From a virus: a stretch of DNA of 64,000 nucleotides. A program made the position numbers and the translations under genes. Under the pieces are notes generated by a model that had not been told where the DNA came from, did not search any database, and worked only from the letters and a program-made list of their open reading frames with translations. Shown piece by piece: positions 38,976 to 47,657 of this stretch. The stretch spans positions 34,321 through 98,320 of the IMG/VR virus record IMGVR_UViG_3300010885_080919, one strand, 5' to 3'. The stretch's first letter is position 1. Each line of letters starts with the position of its first letter.

Positions 38976-40574
38976 ATGTCAAATAAATTCATGCATGGTT
39001 CGCCTATTCTTTTAGGCGACAATACCGTACCGGGCGTAAAACTTTCAAAAGAATTGAAACAATACGCCCCTAAAATTTTACAAGCTTGTAGAGACTGGGG
39101 ACTAGATTTTTATCCCACAGTAGTGCAACTTCTAACTTATGACGAGATAAGCGAGATAGCTGCTTATAACGGCTTTCCAGTTAGATATCCGCATTGGTCT
39201 TTTGGCATGGAATACGAAGAACTACAACGTGGATATGAATTCGGGCTTCACAAAATTTATGAAATGGTAATCAATACAAATCCCTGTTACATCTACTGTT
39301 TAAGCAGCAATACGCTTCTTGACCACCTGACAGTTATTGCTCACGCCACAGGTCATAATGATTTCTTTAAGAATAACATATATTTTAGTGCCACAGATAC
39401 AAATATGTTGAACAAGATGGCGAATCACGGCACAAGGATTCGTGGATATATGACCAGATGGGGAAAAGAGAAAGTAACAGAATTTTTAGATTGGGCTATG
39501 AGAATACAAACACTCATAGACGGATCAGAAGCTTGGTCAGAAAAGATATCTAAAAACGTCATTATCAGAGATGAAAGAAAGTATAGACATCCAAGAAGAT
39601 TGACAGTTGATAAAAGCAGGCTTTATATGGAGCCTTTTATAAACACAAAAGAATATATTTCAAAAGAAAATGAAAGAGTTCAAGAAGAAGATATCGCTGA
39701 AGAGCTTGGTTTGTTCAAAGAACCTACAAAAAATATATTGGGATTCCTAAGAGATAACGCACCATTAAAACCATGGCAAGCGGATATTATTTCGATGCTT
39801 TATGATGAAGCTATGTATTTTTATCCACAAAGACAAACTAAAACTTTGAACGAAGGCTTCGCTAGTACAGTAGACAGTGTGATAATGGCAGAACAAGGTT
39901 ATGTTTCTCTTGGTCAAGAGGGAGATGATCATGGTATTATTGAGTATTCACAACACAAAATGGGTGTTTTAGGCGGTAAGTATTCTACTAATCCATACAA
40001 ACTAGGTTACAACCTTTTAGCAGATATTCGAGAAAGATGGGATAAAGGGCAGTTTGGAACAGAGTGGGAAGACTGCAAAGATATGCGGAAAAAAGAATCT
40101 TGGGATCTAGAAACAAAGCTAGGCAAAGAAAAAATATTTGAAGTAAGAAAGTATTATAACGATCTTACTTTAATTCATGAGTTCTTTACCGAAGAGTTTT
40201 GTAGAAAACAAGAGTATTTTAACTGGGTTCATTATCCTAATGGTGAGTTTAGGCTTGAAAACCGTGATTATAAAAAGATTAAGACACTTTTGATGCGAAA
40301 GCATGTCAATGGAGGTCTGCCAGACATACGCCTTACAGAGCCCAATTACAGAGGCGATGGTTCAATGATGTTGGAGCACTTTTATGACGGTAGAACTTTA
40401 TATGAGCCATATGTATCAGATGTTTTAATGGCAATACGGTCTATTTGGGGCAAAGATGTATTTTTATCAACAAAAGATGTAGATGGAAACGAAAAAGTGT
40501 ATTGTTGCTACGGTACTAATTTTGAAAAAGATGTAGAAGTGGTAAGTAGAGAAGATCACGTTAAAAATTCGTGA
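38976..40574 (+). CDS. spoVR: SpoVR/YcgB family protein
   Basis: GFPVRYPHWSFG, IYEMVINTNPC, AHA.GHNDFFKNN, YFYPQRQTK.LNEG.A, NPYKLG. Confidence 0.95.
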   Translation: MSNKFMHGSPILLGDNTVPGVKLSKELKQYAPKILQACRDWGLDFYPTVVQLLTYDEISEIAAYNGFPVRYPHWSFGMEYEELQRGYEFGLHKIYEMVINTNPCYIYCLSSNTLLDHLTVIAHATGHNDFFKNNIYFSATDTNMLNKMANHGTRIRGYMTRWGKEKVTEFLDWAMRIQTLIDGSEAWSEKISKNVIIRDERKYRHPRRLTVDKSRLYMEPFINTKEYISKENERVQEEDIAEELGLFKEPTKNILGFLRDNAPLKPWQADIISMLYDEAMYFYPQRQTKTLNEGFASTVDSVIMAEQGYVSLGQEGDDHGIIEYSQHKMGVLGGKYSTNPYKLGYNLLADIRERWDKGQFGTEWEDCKDMRKKESWDLETKLGKEKIFEVRKYYNDLTLIHEFFTEEFCRKQEYFNWVHYPNGEFRLENRDYKKIKTLLMRKHVNGGLPDIRLTEPNYRGDGSMMLEHFYDGRTLYEPYVSDVLMAIRSIWGKDVFLSTKDVDGNEKVYCCYGTNFEKDVEVVSREDHVKNS

Positions 40575-40595
40575 AAACACGCCCTATATATTTCC

Positions 40596-42002
40596 ATGAA
40601 ATCATCATTTGCAATATATTGCAACAATAAAGAAAAATACGACGAAGCTTTTTTGGACTCTATGACCAAAAGTTATAGAACTAATTACAATCAGGCCCAA
40701 CAAGGAACTAATCAAAATTACGATAAATACTCGGATGTTGCCAAACAAGCATTATCAAAAGCTGGCGATACTGCGAAATTTCTTTCTCAAAAAACTGGTG
40801 TGCCGCTTCCCTTAGCAACAGCCTTGATAGCAGCAGGAATGACAGGTGGACCAGCCGCTATTCCATTTGCTGCTCTTCTTTATTTCGTTAAACAACCATT
40901 GATGAAGGGTGCGAACAAAGCATTCGATGCAACATGGGATACAGGTGCCAGAGCCGTACAGGGTGTTAAAAATACTCTATCTGGAAAACAACCCGTTCAA
41001 AAACAGACTAGTTATTCCAGTCCCGGTTGGGCGGGCAACGCCACGGAATCATTCAGAGCATTTATAGAAGCAGACTCTTGGGGAGATTGGGCGGGAGAGA
41101 AGTTGGGTGGAGCTGCCGGAACTATTGCTGGAAATGTGTCAGGATATGGCGGAAAAGTAGCTAGTTCGATAAGCAGTAGAATTAAAGAAATTGGTCAATA
41201 TGCAAAAAACAATCCAAAAGAAATTGCAAGGTTTGCATTTTTGGTTGGTGCCGGTGCTGCTATTGGTGCTGGAGTAGGAAAAATAACCCACGAAGTACAA
41301 GATTTCATAGTGCAAAAAATAAAAGATCAAGGAATAGATCCAGAAGTTCTCGACTGGGCGAAACACAATATTGTGTTAAATAAAAAAGGCTCAGGAAACA
41401 ACTTAAGTGGGAAAGTAAATACTTCTAATACTGGTCATGACGTAAAACACCCTTCCTTCATAGACCCAGAAACAGGATACGAAGTAAGCCCAGAAGCAAA
41501 ACTCGCTACTGGAGGAAAAATGATGAAAAGATTCGGTGCTCCCGACCAAGAAGATATAGCAAATATTGGTGGCAAAGGAAATATTTTGTCTAAAGACGGC
41601 ATGGGAGTTGGAACAACAATATCGAATACGAGCAGTGCTGGAACTACAAATACGACTCGGATATCTGTACCAGAAAGTCCAGATTTAAGAGACTCATATA
41701 GAGATGCTGCTAAGGTACTTCAAGGCGAATATAAACCTGGAATTTTTGGAGGAATTTTTGGAGGCAAAGCAGAAAGAGGAGATGCGGTTGATCATATGGT
41801 TAATTCATCTCCTACTGACCTCACAAGAACAATAGACTTAAAGCCGGCAGGCACCGCCTTGAATCATTATGGTCATAGTCGTTCTGAAGAGATTGCTAAA
41901 AGATTGGCTGCTGCCAAAGCACAATTCTCACCCGATAACTACACCACCCCAGCCGCTATAGCAGGTGGCGTAGTTGGAGGAACAGGAAATAAAAGACGAT
42001 AG
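40596..42002 (+). CDS. Gly/Ala-rich hypothetical protein with hydrophobic segments
   Basis: Long ORF; two hydrophobic Gly/Ala stretches. Confidence 0.65.
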   Translation: MKSSFAIYCNNKEKYDEAFLDSMTKSYRTNYNQAQQGTNQNYDKYSDVAKQALSKAGDTAKFLSQKTGVPLPLATALIAAGMTGGPAAIPFAALLYFVKQPLMKGANKAFDATWDTGARAVQGVKNTLSGKQPVQKQTSYSSPGWAGNATESFRAFIEADSWGDWAGEKLGGAAGTIAGNVSGYGGKVASSISSRIKEIGQYAKNNPKEIARFAFLVGAGAAIGAGVGKITHEVQDFIVQKIKDQGIDPEVLDWAKHNIVLNKKGSGNNLSGKVNTSNTGHDVKHPSFIDPETGYEVSPEAKLATGGKMMKRFGAPDQEDIANIGGKGNILSKDGMGVGTTISNTSSAGTTNTTRISVPESPDLRDSYRDAAKVLQGEYKPGIFGGIFGGKAERGDAVDHMVNSSPTDLTRTIDLKPAGTALNHYGHSRSEEIAKRLAAAKAQFSPDNYTTPAAIAGGVVGGTGNKRR

Positions 42003-42020
42003 ACGATAGATATTTACACA

Positions 42021-42242
42021 ATGGAGAAAAACATGGAAAAAAATGATTATCTTTTGACTGATGAGTTTGTTGCATTTTCACAGAAAATAGCTCAAATTCT
42101 TGAACTAAAAAAAGCTAAAAAGCTAGAGCTTAAAACTTTTTATGAGAATGTACAGAATGATCTAAAAAATCTAGAAGAACAGGCTAGAGTAGCCGAAGCA
42201 GAATTTGAAGAATTCAAACAAAGCAAAATGGAAGCAGAATAG
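42021..42242 (+). CDS. Small coiled-coil hypothetical protein
   Basis: ORF (start may be 42033 after GGAG). Confidence 0.55.
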   Translation: MEKNMEKNDYLLTDEFVAFSQKIAQILELKKAKKLELKTFYENVQNDLKNLEEQARVAEAEFEEFKQSKMEAE

Positions 42243-42249
42243 GAGTTTT

Positions 42250-43314
42250 GTGGGAACTTTCGCTTCATGGCTCAGTCTGAAGGAGATGGCTTACGTAAGT
42301 AAGCAGCCTGTATATTTGGACGAGAGCGATATTGAATATTTAAAACAATTTCCTGCTCAGTTTTGGGCACAAGCTCTTAAAATGAGATATAATGATTTCA
42401 TTTTAAATGCATTTAAAAGAAGCCCCGGCGAAGTTTCCGGTGCTGTAGGTCAGGGTTGGTCTGATATTCAACAAGTTCATTTTGTTGGAGATAAAAGACA
42501 TATTAATCCAATGGGCTTCAGCGGAAAAATACACACAGGGATTACTGTTTTATTGCAAAAACTAAAAAGATTGGGATATGACTTCAGTGGAGTGAACCCT
42601 TCTGCATCAACTTCTTTGTATTTAGGCCTAATGAAGCCTGCTCTTGCCAATAAGTTAAAAGCAGAGCTTATCAGTACTATTAGTGCGGAAAGTGTTCAAA
42701 AATATAAAAAACTTGCTTCACAATATAGAACGCAAGGACGTTTGGTTCCAAAAGAAGTCGTTGCATTATTAAATCCAAAGCCTAATATAGTTTATTTTGT
42801 TCCTAACAAACTAATGTCAAATAGACATGACCCAGAACCTGGTTATTCTGGAGATTCATATTATGAAAGAGTTTGGAATGAATTCAAACCAAAGGTAAAC
42901 GAAATAATAAACTACTATGTCAAAAATTTGGACAAAGTAGCAAGAAATAAAACTAATGCAATTTATTGGGGAACGGGAGCAAAAGACGAACACGGACAAA
43001 CTTTAACTCAACAGCTTTTTAATTATACTAGATCAAACTGGAAGAATATTAAGCATGATGAAAAATCTATCAAAAATTACATTATATTGAAAATAAATAC
43101 TATATTGCAAAATGGAATTATCTCAAGAAGATTAGATGATCAATTGAAGTTAAATGGAATTAATATGTACGATGTGATAAAAAAATTAAATTGGTCGCCG
43201 GAAGTTGCAAAAAACTTTATTGATAGCAATAAAACGCATGGTAATATCTATTCTCTAGTAGACGCAATCAATAAGCTAATAGGCAAGAGTTCCAAGAAAA
43301 GAAACACAGGGTGA
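42250..43314 (+). CDS. Hypothetical protein
   Basis: AGGAG SD + GTG; MGTFASWL..KE. Confidence 0.6.
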   Translation: MGTFASWLSLKEMAYVSKQPVYLDESDIEYLKQFPAQFWAQALKMRYNDFILNAFKRSPGEVSGAVGQGWSDIQQVHFVGDKRHINPMGFSGKIHTGITVLLQKLKRLGYDFSGVNPSASTSLYLGLMKPALANKLKAELISTISAESVQKYKKLASQYRTQGRLVPKEVVALLNPKPNIVYFVPNKLMSNRHDPEPGYSGDSYYERVWNEFKPKVNEIINYYVKNLDKVARNKTNAIYWGTGAKDEHGQTLTQQLFNYTRSNWKNIKHDEKSIKNYIILKINTILQNGIISRRLDDQLKLNGINMYDVIKKLNWSPEVAKNFIDSNKTHGNIYSLVDAINKLIGKSSKKRNTG

Positions 43315-43315
43315 A

Positions 43316-43495
43316 ATGAGCTATAAATGTGTTGGTGGTTGTATGAACGATGAAATACATGAGTCTTCTGAAAACGAAGCTATAATGGGTATGTTTTTCG
43401 CTGTATGTCCAGAAACAGGCAAAGTACACCAATATAGCCTATGCGATCAGAAAAATGTTTGGGAGTTTGTTGGAGAACTAGAGCTTCCAAATTGA
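43316..43495 (+). CDS. Small hypothetical protein (59 aa, absent from ORF track)
   Basis: Manual translation MSYKCVGGCMNDE...LPN*; fills the gap exactly. Confidence 0.5.
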   Translation: MSYKCVGGCMNDEIHESSENEAIMGMFFAVCPETGKVHQYSLCDQKNVWEFVGELELPN

Positions 43496-43514
43496 CCGAT
43501 AATAGAAAGCAAAT

Positions 43515-44378
43515 ATGAGAGAGTTTTTAGATTTTTTAAATGAAGAGCGAACCAGAAACAAAGGGGCTAAAATAAAGATTTTAGCAATCCAAGGATCTGC
43601 TAGAAACGAGGATTGCTGCCCAGATCATGAATCTAAAAGTTATAGATTGTTAAAAAATGCTATTAAAGATAGAAAAGATGTGATTTTTGATGTAATAGAT
43701 TTATCTGTTAAGTGCGACGGCAACATCATTCAACCTTGTAAAGCTTGTGTAAGCACGGCTGGAGGTATTCATTGCCATTTTCCTTGTTCATGCTATAGCA
43801 AAGGAAGCAAAATAAAAGATTTTATGCATGAGGAAGATGTTTATAAAAAATTAGAAAATTGCGACGGATTCGTTGTGTTCTCCCCCATTAACTGGGACGC
43901 CCCCAGTAGCGTAGTAAAAAGTTTCTTTGACCGATTAGTGTGTTGTAATCTTACCCTAAATATGGAAGATGCCAAAGAAATATTAGGAGATGATTTAAAA
44001 AATAGTGCGGTTACACGACCATTGGCAAAAAGCGGAAAGTATAACGATTTATTGAAAAATCACTTAGAAGGCAAGTACGCAGCTTTCTTTATGCAAGGCG
44101 ACAACGGAGCCGATGACTATAACGACATCAAAAAACCAGATTCTTATATTGAATATACAAAAAACAACAAAAACGTAAACTCAGATCCCATTAAGAGTAT
44201 AGAACCTATCGTCAAACAAATGGTTTACTCCGGAATTTACGTAAAAGAAGGATGTGTAGATGGTTTAATATCTGGGTTCGGAACAGATTATCCAACAAAT
44301 GACGATAAACTGAAACAAGAATTATTTCGACGTTCTCGAAAAGTTGTCGATAATTTGATTGGTCACATATTAAAATGA
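43515..44378 (+). CDS. Flavodoxin-family / iron-sulfur flavoprotein (NADPH-dependent FMN reductase fold)
   Basis: IQGSAR, PCKACVS....CHFPCSC, D.M, DG.V..SPINW, K.FFDRL. Confidence 0.8.
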   Translation: MREFLDFLNEERTRNKGAKIKILAIQGSARNEDCCPDHESKSYRLLKNAIKDRKDVIFDVIDLSVKCDGNIIQPCKACVSTAGGIHCHFPCSCYSKGSKIKDFMHEEDVYKKLENCDGFVVFSPINWDAPSSVVKSFFDRLVCCNLTLNMEDAKEILGDDLKNSAVTRPLAKSGKYNDLLKNHLEGKYAAFFMQGDNGADDYNDIKKPDSYIEYTKNNKNVNSDPIKSIEPIVKQMVYSGIYVKEGCVDGLISGFGTDYPTNDDKLKQELFRRSRKVVDNLIGHILK

Positions 44379-44384
44379 GCTTTG

Positions 44385-44801
44385 ATGAAACTATCATTTA
44401 AAAAATACATTAGCGAAGGTATTGAAGCTGACACCCCAGAATCCAAAGAATTAAGAAAATTGGTGGACAATGGAGAATATCAGTCTGGCGATTGTTATGT
44501 TTGTTCAAGAAGATTTGCGATGAAAATAGATGGTGATTATGTAGAAGGCGTGTTGACAGGCGGAATTCCCAAAAGAAGAATACTTCATGCTTGGGTTGAA
44601 AAAGATGGTTTCGCCTATGACCCCACAACTCCAGAAGCATTAACCAAAGATGAATATTACAGAATATATGATGCTAAACCTCATTACAAAGCAGACGGAG
44701 TCAAAGCAACTTTAAAATCATCAAAAGAAAATAAACCGGGACCAGTTGGAGATGTTCCAAATGGATTCGAGTTTAAAGATAATGTTTGGAAACAAATATA
44801 G
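44385..44801 (+). CDS. Hypothetical protein, possible transglutaminase/papain-like fold
   Basis: GDCY...HAWVE...YDPT Cys-His-Asp pattern. Confidence 0.5.
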   Translation: MKLSFKKYISEGIEADTPESKELRKLVDNGEYQSGDCYVCSRRFAMKIDGDYVEGVLTGGIPKRRILHAWVEKDGFAYDPTTPEALTKDEYYRIYDAKPHYKADGVKATLKSSKENKPGPVGDVPNGFEFKDNVWKQI

Positions 44802-44808
44802 AAAAAGC

Positions 44809-44836
44809 TTGACTCATCTTTAAATTTATCTATAAT
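44809..44836 (+). promoter_or_regulatory. Sigma70-type promoter
   Basis: TTGACT-16 nt-TATAAT in intergenic region. Confidence 0.65.
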
Positions 44837-44868
44837 AATTTGACTAGCCTTAATTAAAAGGAAATCAA

Positions 44869-45273
44869 ATGATAAATTTGTCAAATGTTGCTGACAGCGT
44901 TTCTATATTAATCAGAGATAATTCTACTTTCGAGAGACTGAAAACAGATTTTCCAGATATTCTAGCCGATTTGGTCACATTTAAAGACAATCCTAATTGC
45001 TCTTGTAGAGGAAGAGTTTTTAAATTCTTCACAGATAAAGTAGAGCAGACCCCAGATATTCTAAACAAATACATATTTGATCCAGAGTTTTTGTCTAGAG
45101 AACTACACTTAATCAACAATCAAAGAGCAGAAAATAATTACGCTGGAAAAGTAATGTCTGTTGAAAAAACAGAACAAGCTTGGCGTGATTTTACAAATTC
45201 GCTAACAGGAAAGACTTTTAGAAGTTTCAGCGTTGCGGAAAGAGAAAATTCTGTCATGGTGTATTTCCTATGA
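44869..45273 (+). CDS. Hypothetical protein
   Basis: AAGGA SD; NPNCSCR. Confidence 0.6.
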   Translation: MINLSNVADSVSILIRDNSTFERLKTDFPDILADLVTFKDNPNCSCRGRVFKFFTDKVEQTPDILNKYIFDPEFLSRELHLINNQRAENNYAGKVMSVEKTEQAWRDFTNSLTGKTFRSFSVAERENSVMVYFL

Positions 45274-45557
45274 TTTTTCTTTATTATTTAATTTGTTCTT
45301 TAGGAATTTCCTATGCTTGGAGCGACACTGAAATAAGTGTTCCCGCAAGGAATTTTGTTGCAAAGTTTGCTTTTTTTAGAAAACTTCTTTTGTGCCACGA
45401 ATGCTCCAGCTTCTGGATCAGTCTGGCTTTAAGCTTGTTTTTGAATCCATTTGATTCTTATTGCTTACCTATTATCAGTAATATTTTGAGTGCGTTTTGT
45501 GGCTTTTTCGTTAATCTTTTCTTTGTAAGAAAGCATATTATTCCTTATAAGGATTGA
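45270..45557 (+). CDS. DUF1360-like small membrane protein
   Basis: TM helices with LL.CHEC.SFW. Confidence 0.6.
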   Translation: MIFLYYLICSLGISYAWSDTEISVPARNFVAKFAFFRKLLLCHECSSFWISLALSLFLNPFDSYCLPIISNILSAFCGFFVNLFFVRKHIIPYKD

Positions 45558-45560
45558 AAA

Positions 45561-45800
45561 ATGAATAGATTTGATTTAGAAGAACAGATGTCTGCTTGCT
45601 GGAATACAAAAGACGATATTGACTTATTGTGCGAGTCAATTCTTAAAAACGATATGTCAAAAGATGAAATTTCAAATGCGTTGTTGGGAATTTCACAATT
45701 GCACGAAATGAGATGCCATAGAACTTTTGAAACCTTTAAAGTTCTTGTTCATAATGGAACGATTGGCTCGATTGATTCGGATGATAATTTTCTTGAATAA
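45561..45800 (+). CDS. Conserved T4-like phage hypothetical protein
   Basis: RFDLEEQ...CW...DD...D...NALLG..L pattern. Confidence 0.55.
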   Translation: MNRFDLEEQMSACWNTKDDIDLLCESILKNDMSKDEISNALLGISQLHEMRCHRTFETFKVLVHNGTIGSIDSDDNFLE

Positions 45801-45814
45801 AATAGCAGAAGTCA

Positions 45815-46342
45815 ATGAGCGAATTATATAAAAATAAAAGATATTGCCCCAAATTAAAAAGCTTGCATGATAGCAATGGCAAAGAATTAGCAAAAGAAAT
45901 TATGAAGGATGTGCTTAATGCTGAATTGATTACAACAAACGAAAAAGAGGATCAAGGCGATTTTTCGGACGGCTTTTGGGATCAAAAATACCGTCTTCCA
46001 GATGGATGTTGCGTTGAAGAAATCAAAGTAGAACCCGAGATGAAAGATGCAAAATGGTGGGGAGATAAATTTTCTTTAGCTCGTCCTTTCCAATACTCAA
46101 CAATGGATATACCTTCTAGAAAAGAAAAAAATCAATCGCATCTCCATATTGTTATTAGCACATGCAAAAAATATGCTTTTTTAGTTACAAGGTTCGCAAT
46201 GAACAATTCTGGTCCGTTTAAAACAAAGAAAACAAAATATGAGCCTGAAGGTGCGAGTTACTATAATATTCCAACAAAACTTGGCCGGTTTGTTAAAAAA
46301 GTCAATAACCGTTGGCGGTTAATACCAAAAGATTCCCGATGA
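45815..46342 (+). CDS. Hypothetical protein, possible PD-(D/E)XK nuclease
   Basis: D...EPEMK..W...F.Y.T.DIP.RK.K. Confidence 0.4.
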   Translation: MSELYKNKRYCPKLKSLHDSNGKELAKEIMKDVLNAELITTNEKEDQGDFSDGFWDQKYRLPDGCCVEEIKVEPEMKDAKWWGDKFSLARPFQYSTMDIPSRKEKNQSHLHIVISTCKKYAFLVTRFAMNNSGPFKTKKTKYEPEGASYYNIPTKLGRFVKKVNNRWRLIPKDSR

Positions 46343-46461
46343 ATCAGTTGCTATGCAAAATTATTTTTGTGATCTATTATAAAGATTTAAATAACTTCTC
46401 ATCATATTTCAACTTAAGGAACTATAATACTATTAAATAATCACGAAATATTTAGTAGCAA

Positions 46462-47559
46462 ATGAAAAAAGACACCAAAGAAACATTCGTTGAAAAAGCT
46501 AAGGAAAAGCATGGAGACAAATACTGTTATGATTTAGTAAAATACGTTAACAGCAAAACGCTTGTCGAAATTATTTGCAACGAGTGTCGTGAGCTTTTCT
46601 GGCAATTACCATATAATCATTTGCAAGGAAAAGAATGTCTACCATGTGCTACTAAAAAAAGAGCAGACACCAAAGAAACATTCGTTGAAAAAGCTAAGGA
46701 AAAGCATGGAGACAAATACTGTTATGATTCAGTAAAATACGTTAACAGCAAAACGCTTGTCGAAATTATTTGCAACGAGTGTCATGGGCCTTTATGGCAA
46801 AAACCCCAGAATCATACGAGCGGAGACGGATGTCTACCATGTGCTAATAAAAAAAGAGCAGACACCGAAGAAACATTCATTGAAAAAGCTAAGGAAAAGC
46901 ATGGAGACAAATACTGTTATGATTCAGTAAAATATGTTAACAGTAGAACGCCTGTCGAAATTATTTGCAAAGAGTGTCATGAGCCTTTCTTGCAAAGACC
47001 GTATAATCATACGCAAGGATACGGATGTCCACTTCATAAATCTTCAAAAGGAGAATTAGCTATTTTAGAGTTTTTTAAACGTCGTGGTCTTAAAGATGAG
47101 AAAGACTTCTTTCGTGAGCACAAAACCAAAACCTGCCGCATAGACTTTGTCTTGCCAAAAGAAAAACTTTTAATAGAATACAATGGGCGTCAACATTATA
47201 TTCCCGTTAGCTTTGGCTCTAAGCAAAAAGATGCCCCACAAAAAAAATTAGAAATAAATATTAAAAACGACTACAAAAGAATAAGGTTTTGTACAGAGAA
47301 AGAAGGTTATTATCTTTTAATTATTCCGTATTGGGATTTTAAAAACATAAATCAAATACTGAACGACTATTTGAAGGGGAAAAATCCAACTTTCTCTGAG
47401 CCGCCCCCAGAAGTTAGAAAACATAAAAAGCTTAGAGCCAAAATCAGGAAAGAATTAGATATTGTTGAGGAAGAAATATTATGTGGGGTTGTGGGGTCGA
47501 AAAAACATATTTCTGTGAATCGGGTTTTATTCTGTAAAAGTTTGATATCAATCCAATAA
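46462..47559 (+). CDS. Free-standing homing endonuclease-like protein: three zinc-ribbon (DUF723-like) repeats plus Vsr/PD-(D/E)XK-type nuclease
   Basis: 3x F.EKAK..HG..Y.Y..V.Y.N....V.I.C..C.....H..G..CP.C; SKGE, RIDF.LP...IEYNG.QHY. Confidence 0.8.
   Translation: MKKDTKETFVEKAKEKHGDKYCYDLVKYVNSKTLVEIICNECRELFWQLPYNHLQGKECLPCATKKRADTKETFVEKAKEKHGDKYCYDSVKYVNSKTLVEIICNECHGPLWQKPQNHTSGDGCLPCANKKRADTEETFIEKAKEKHGDKYCYDSVKYVNSRTPVEIICKECHEPFLQRPYNHTQGYGCPLHKSSKGELAILEFFKRRGLKDEKDFFREHKTKTCRIDFVLPKEKLLIEYNGRQHYIPVSFGSKQKDAPQKKLEINIKNDYKRIRFCTEKEGYYLLIIPYWDFKNINQILNDYLKGKNPTFSEPPPEVRKHKKLRAKIRKELDIVEEEILCGVVGSKKHISVNRVLFCKSLISIQ
46471..47030 (+). repeat. Three near-identical 195-nt coding tandem repeats
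   Basis: Units start at 46471, 46666, 46861. Confidence 0.9.
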
Positions 47560-47657
47560 ATTAAAGCTCTTGTTTTTTACTGAGGATTGTGGTAAAAATA
47601 AAGTGCAAAGATTGATTCAAAAAACATTTCCTTTTAACTAAGAAGGGAGGGCAATTT

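Noticed and set aside
46471-47030. CRISPR array
   Set aside because: Repeats are 195-nt in-frame coding units without spacers; no CRISPR array or cas gene seen in the window.
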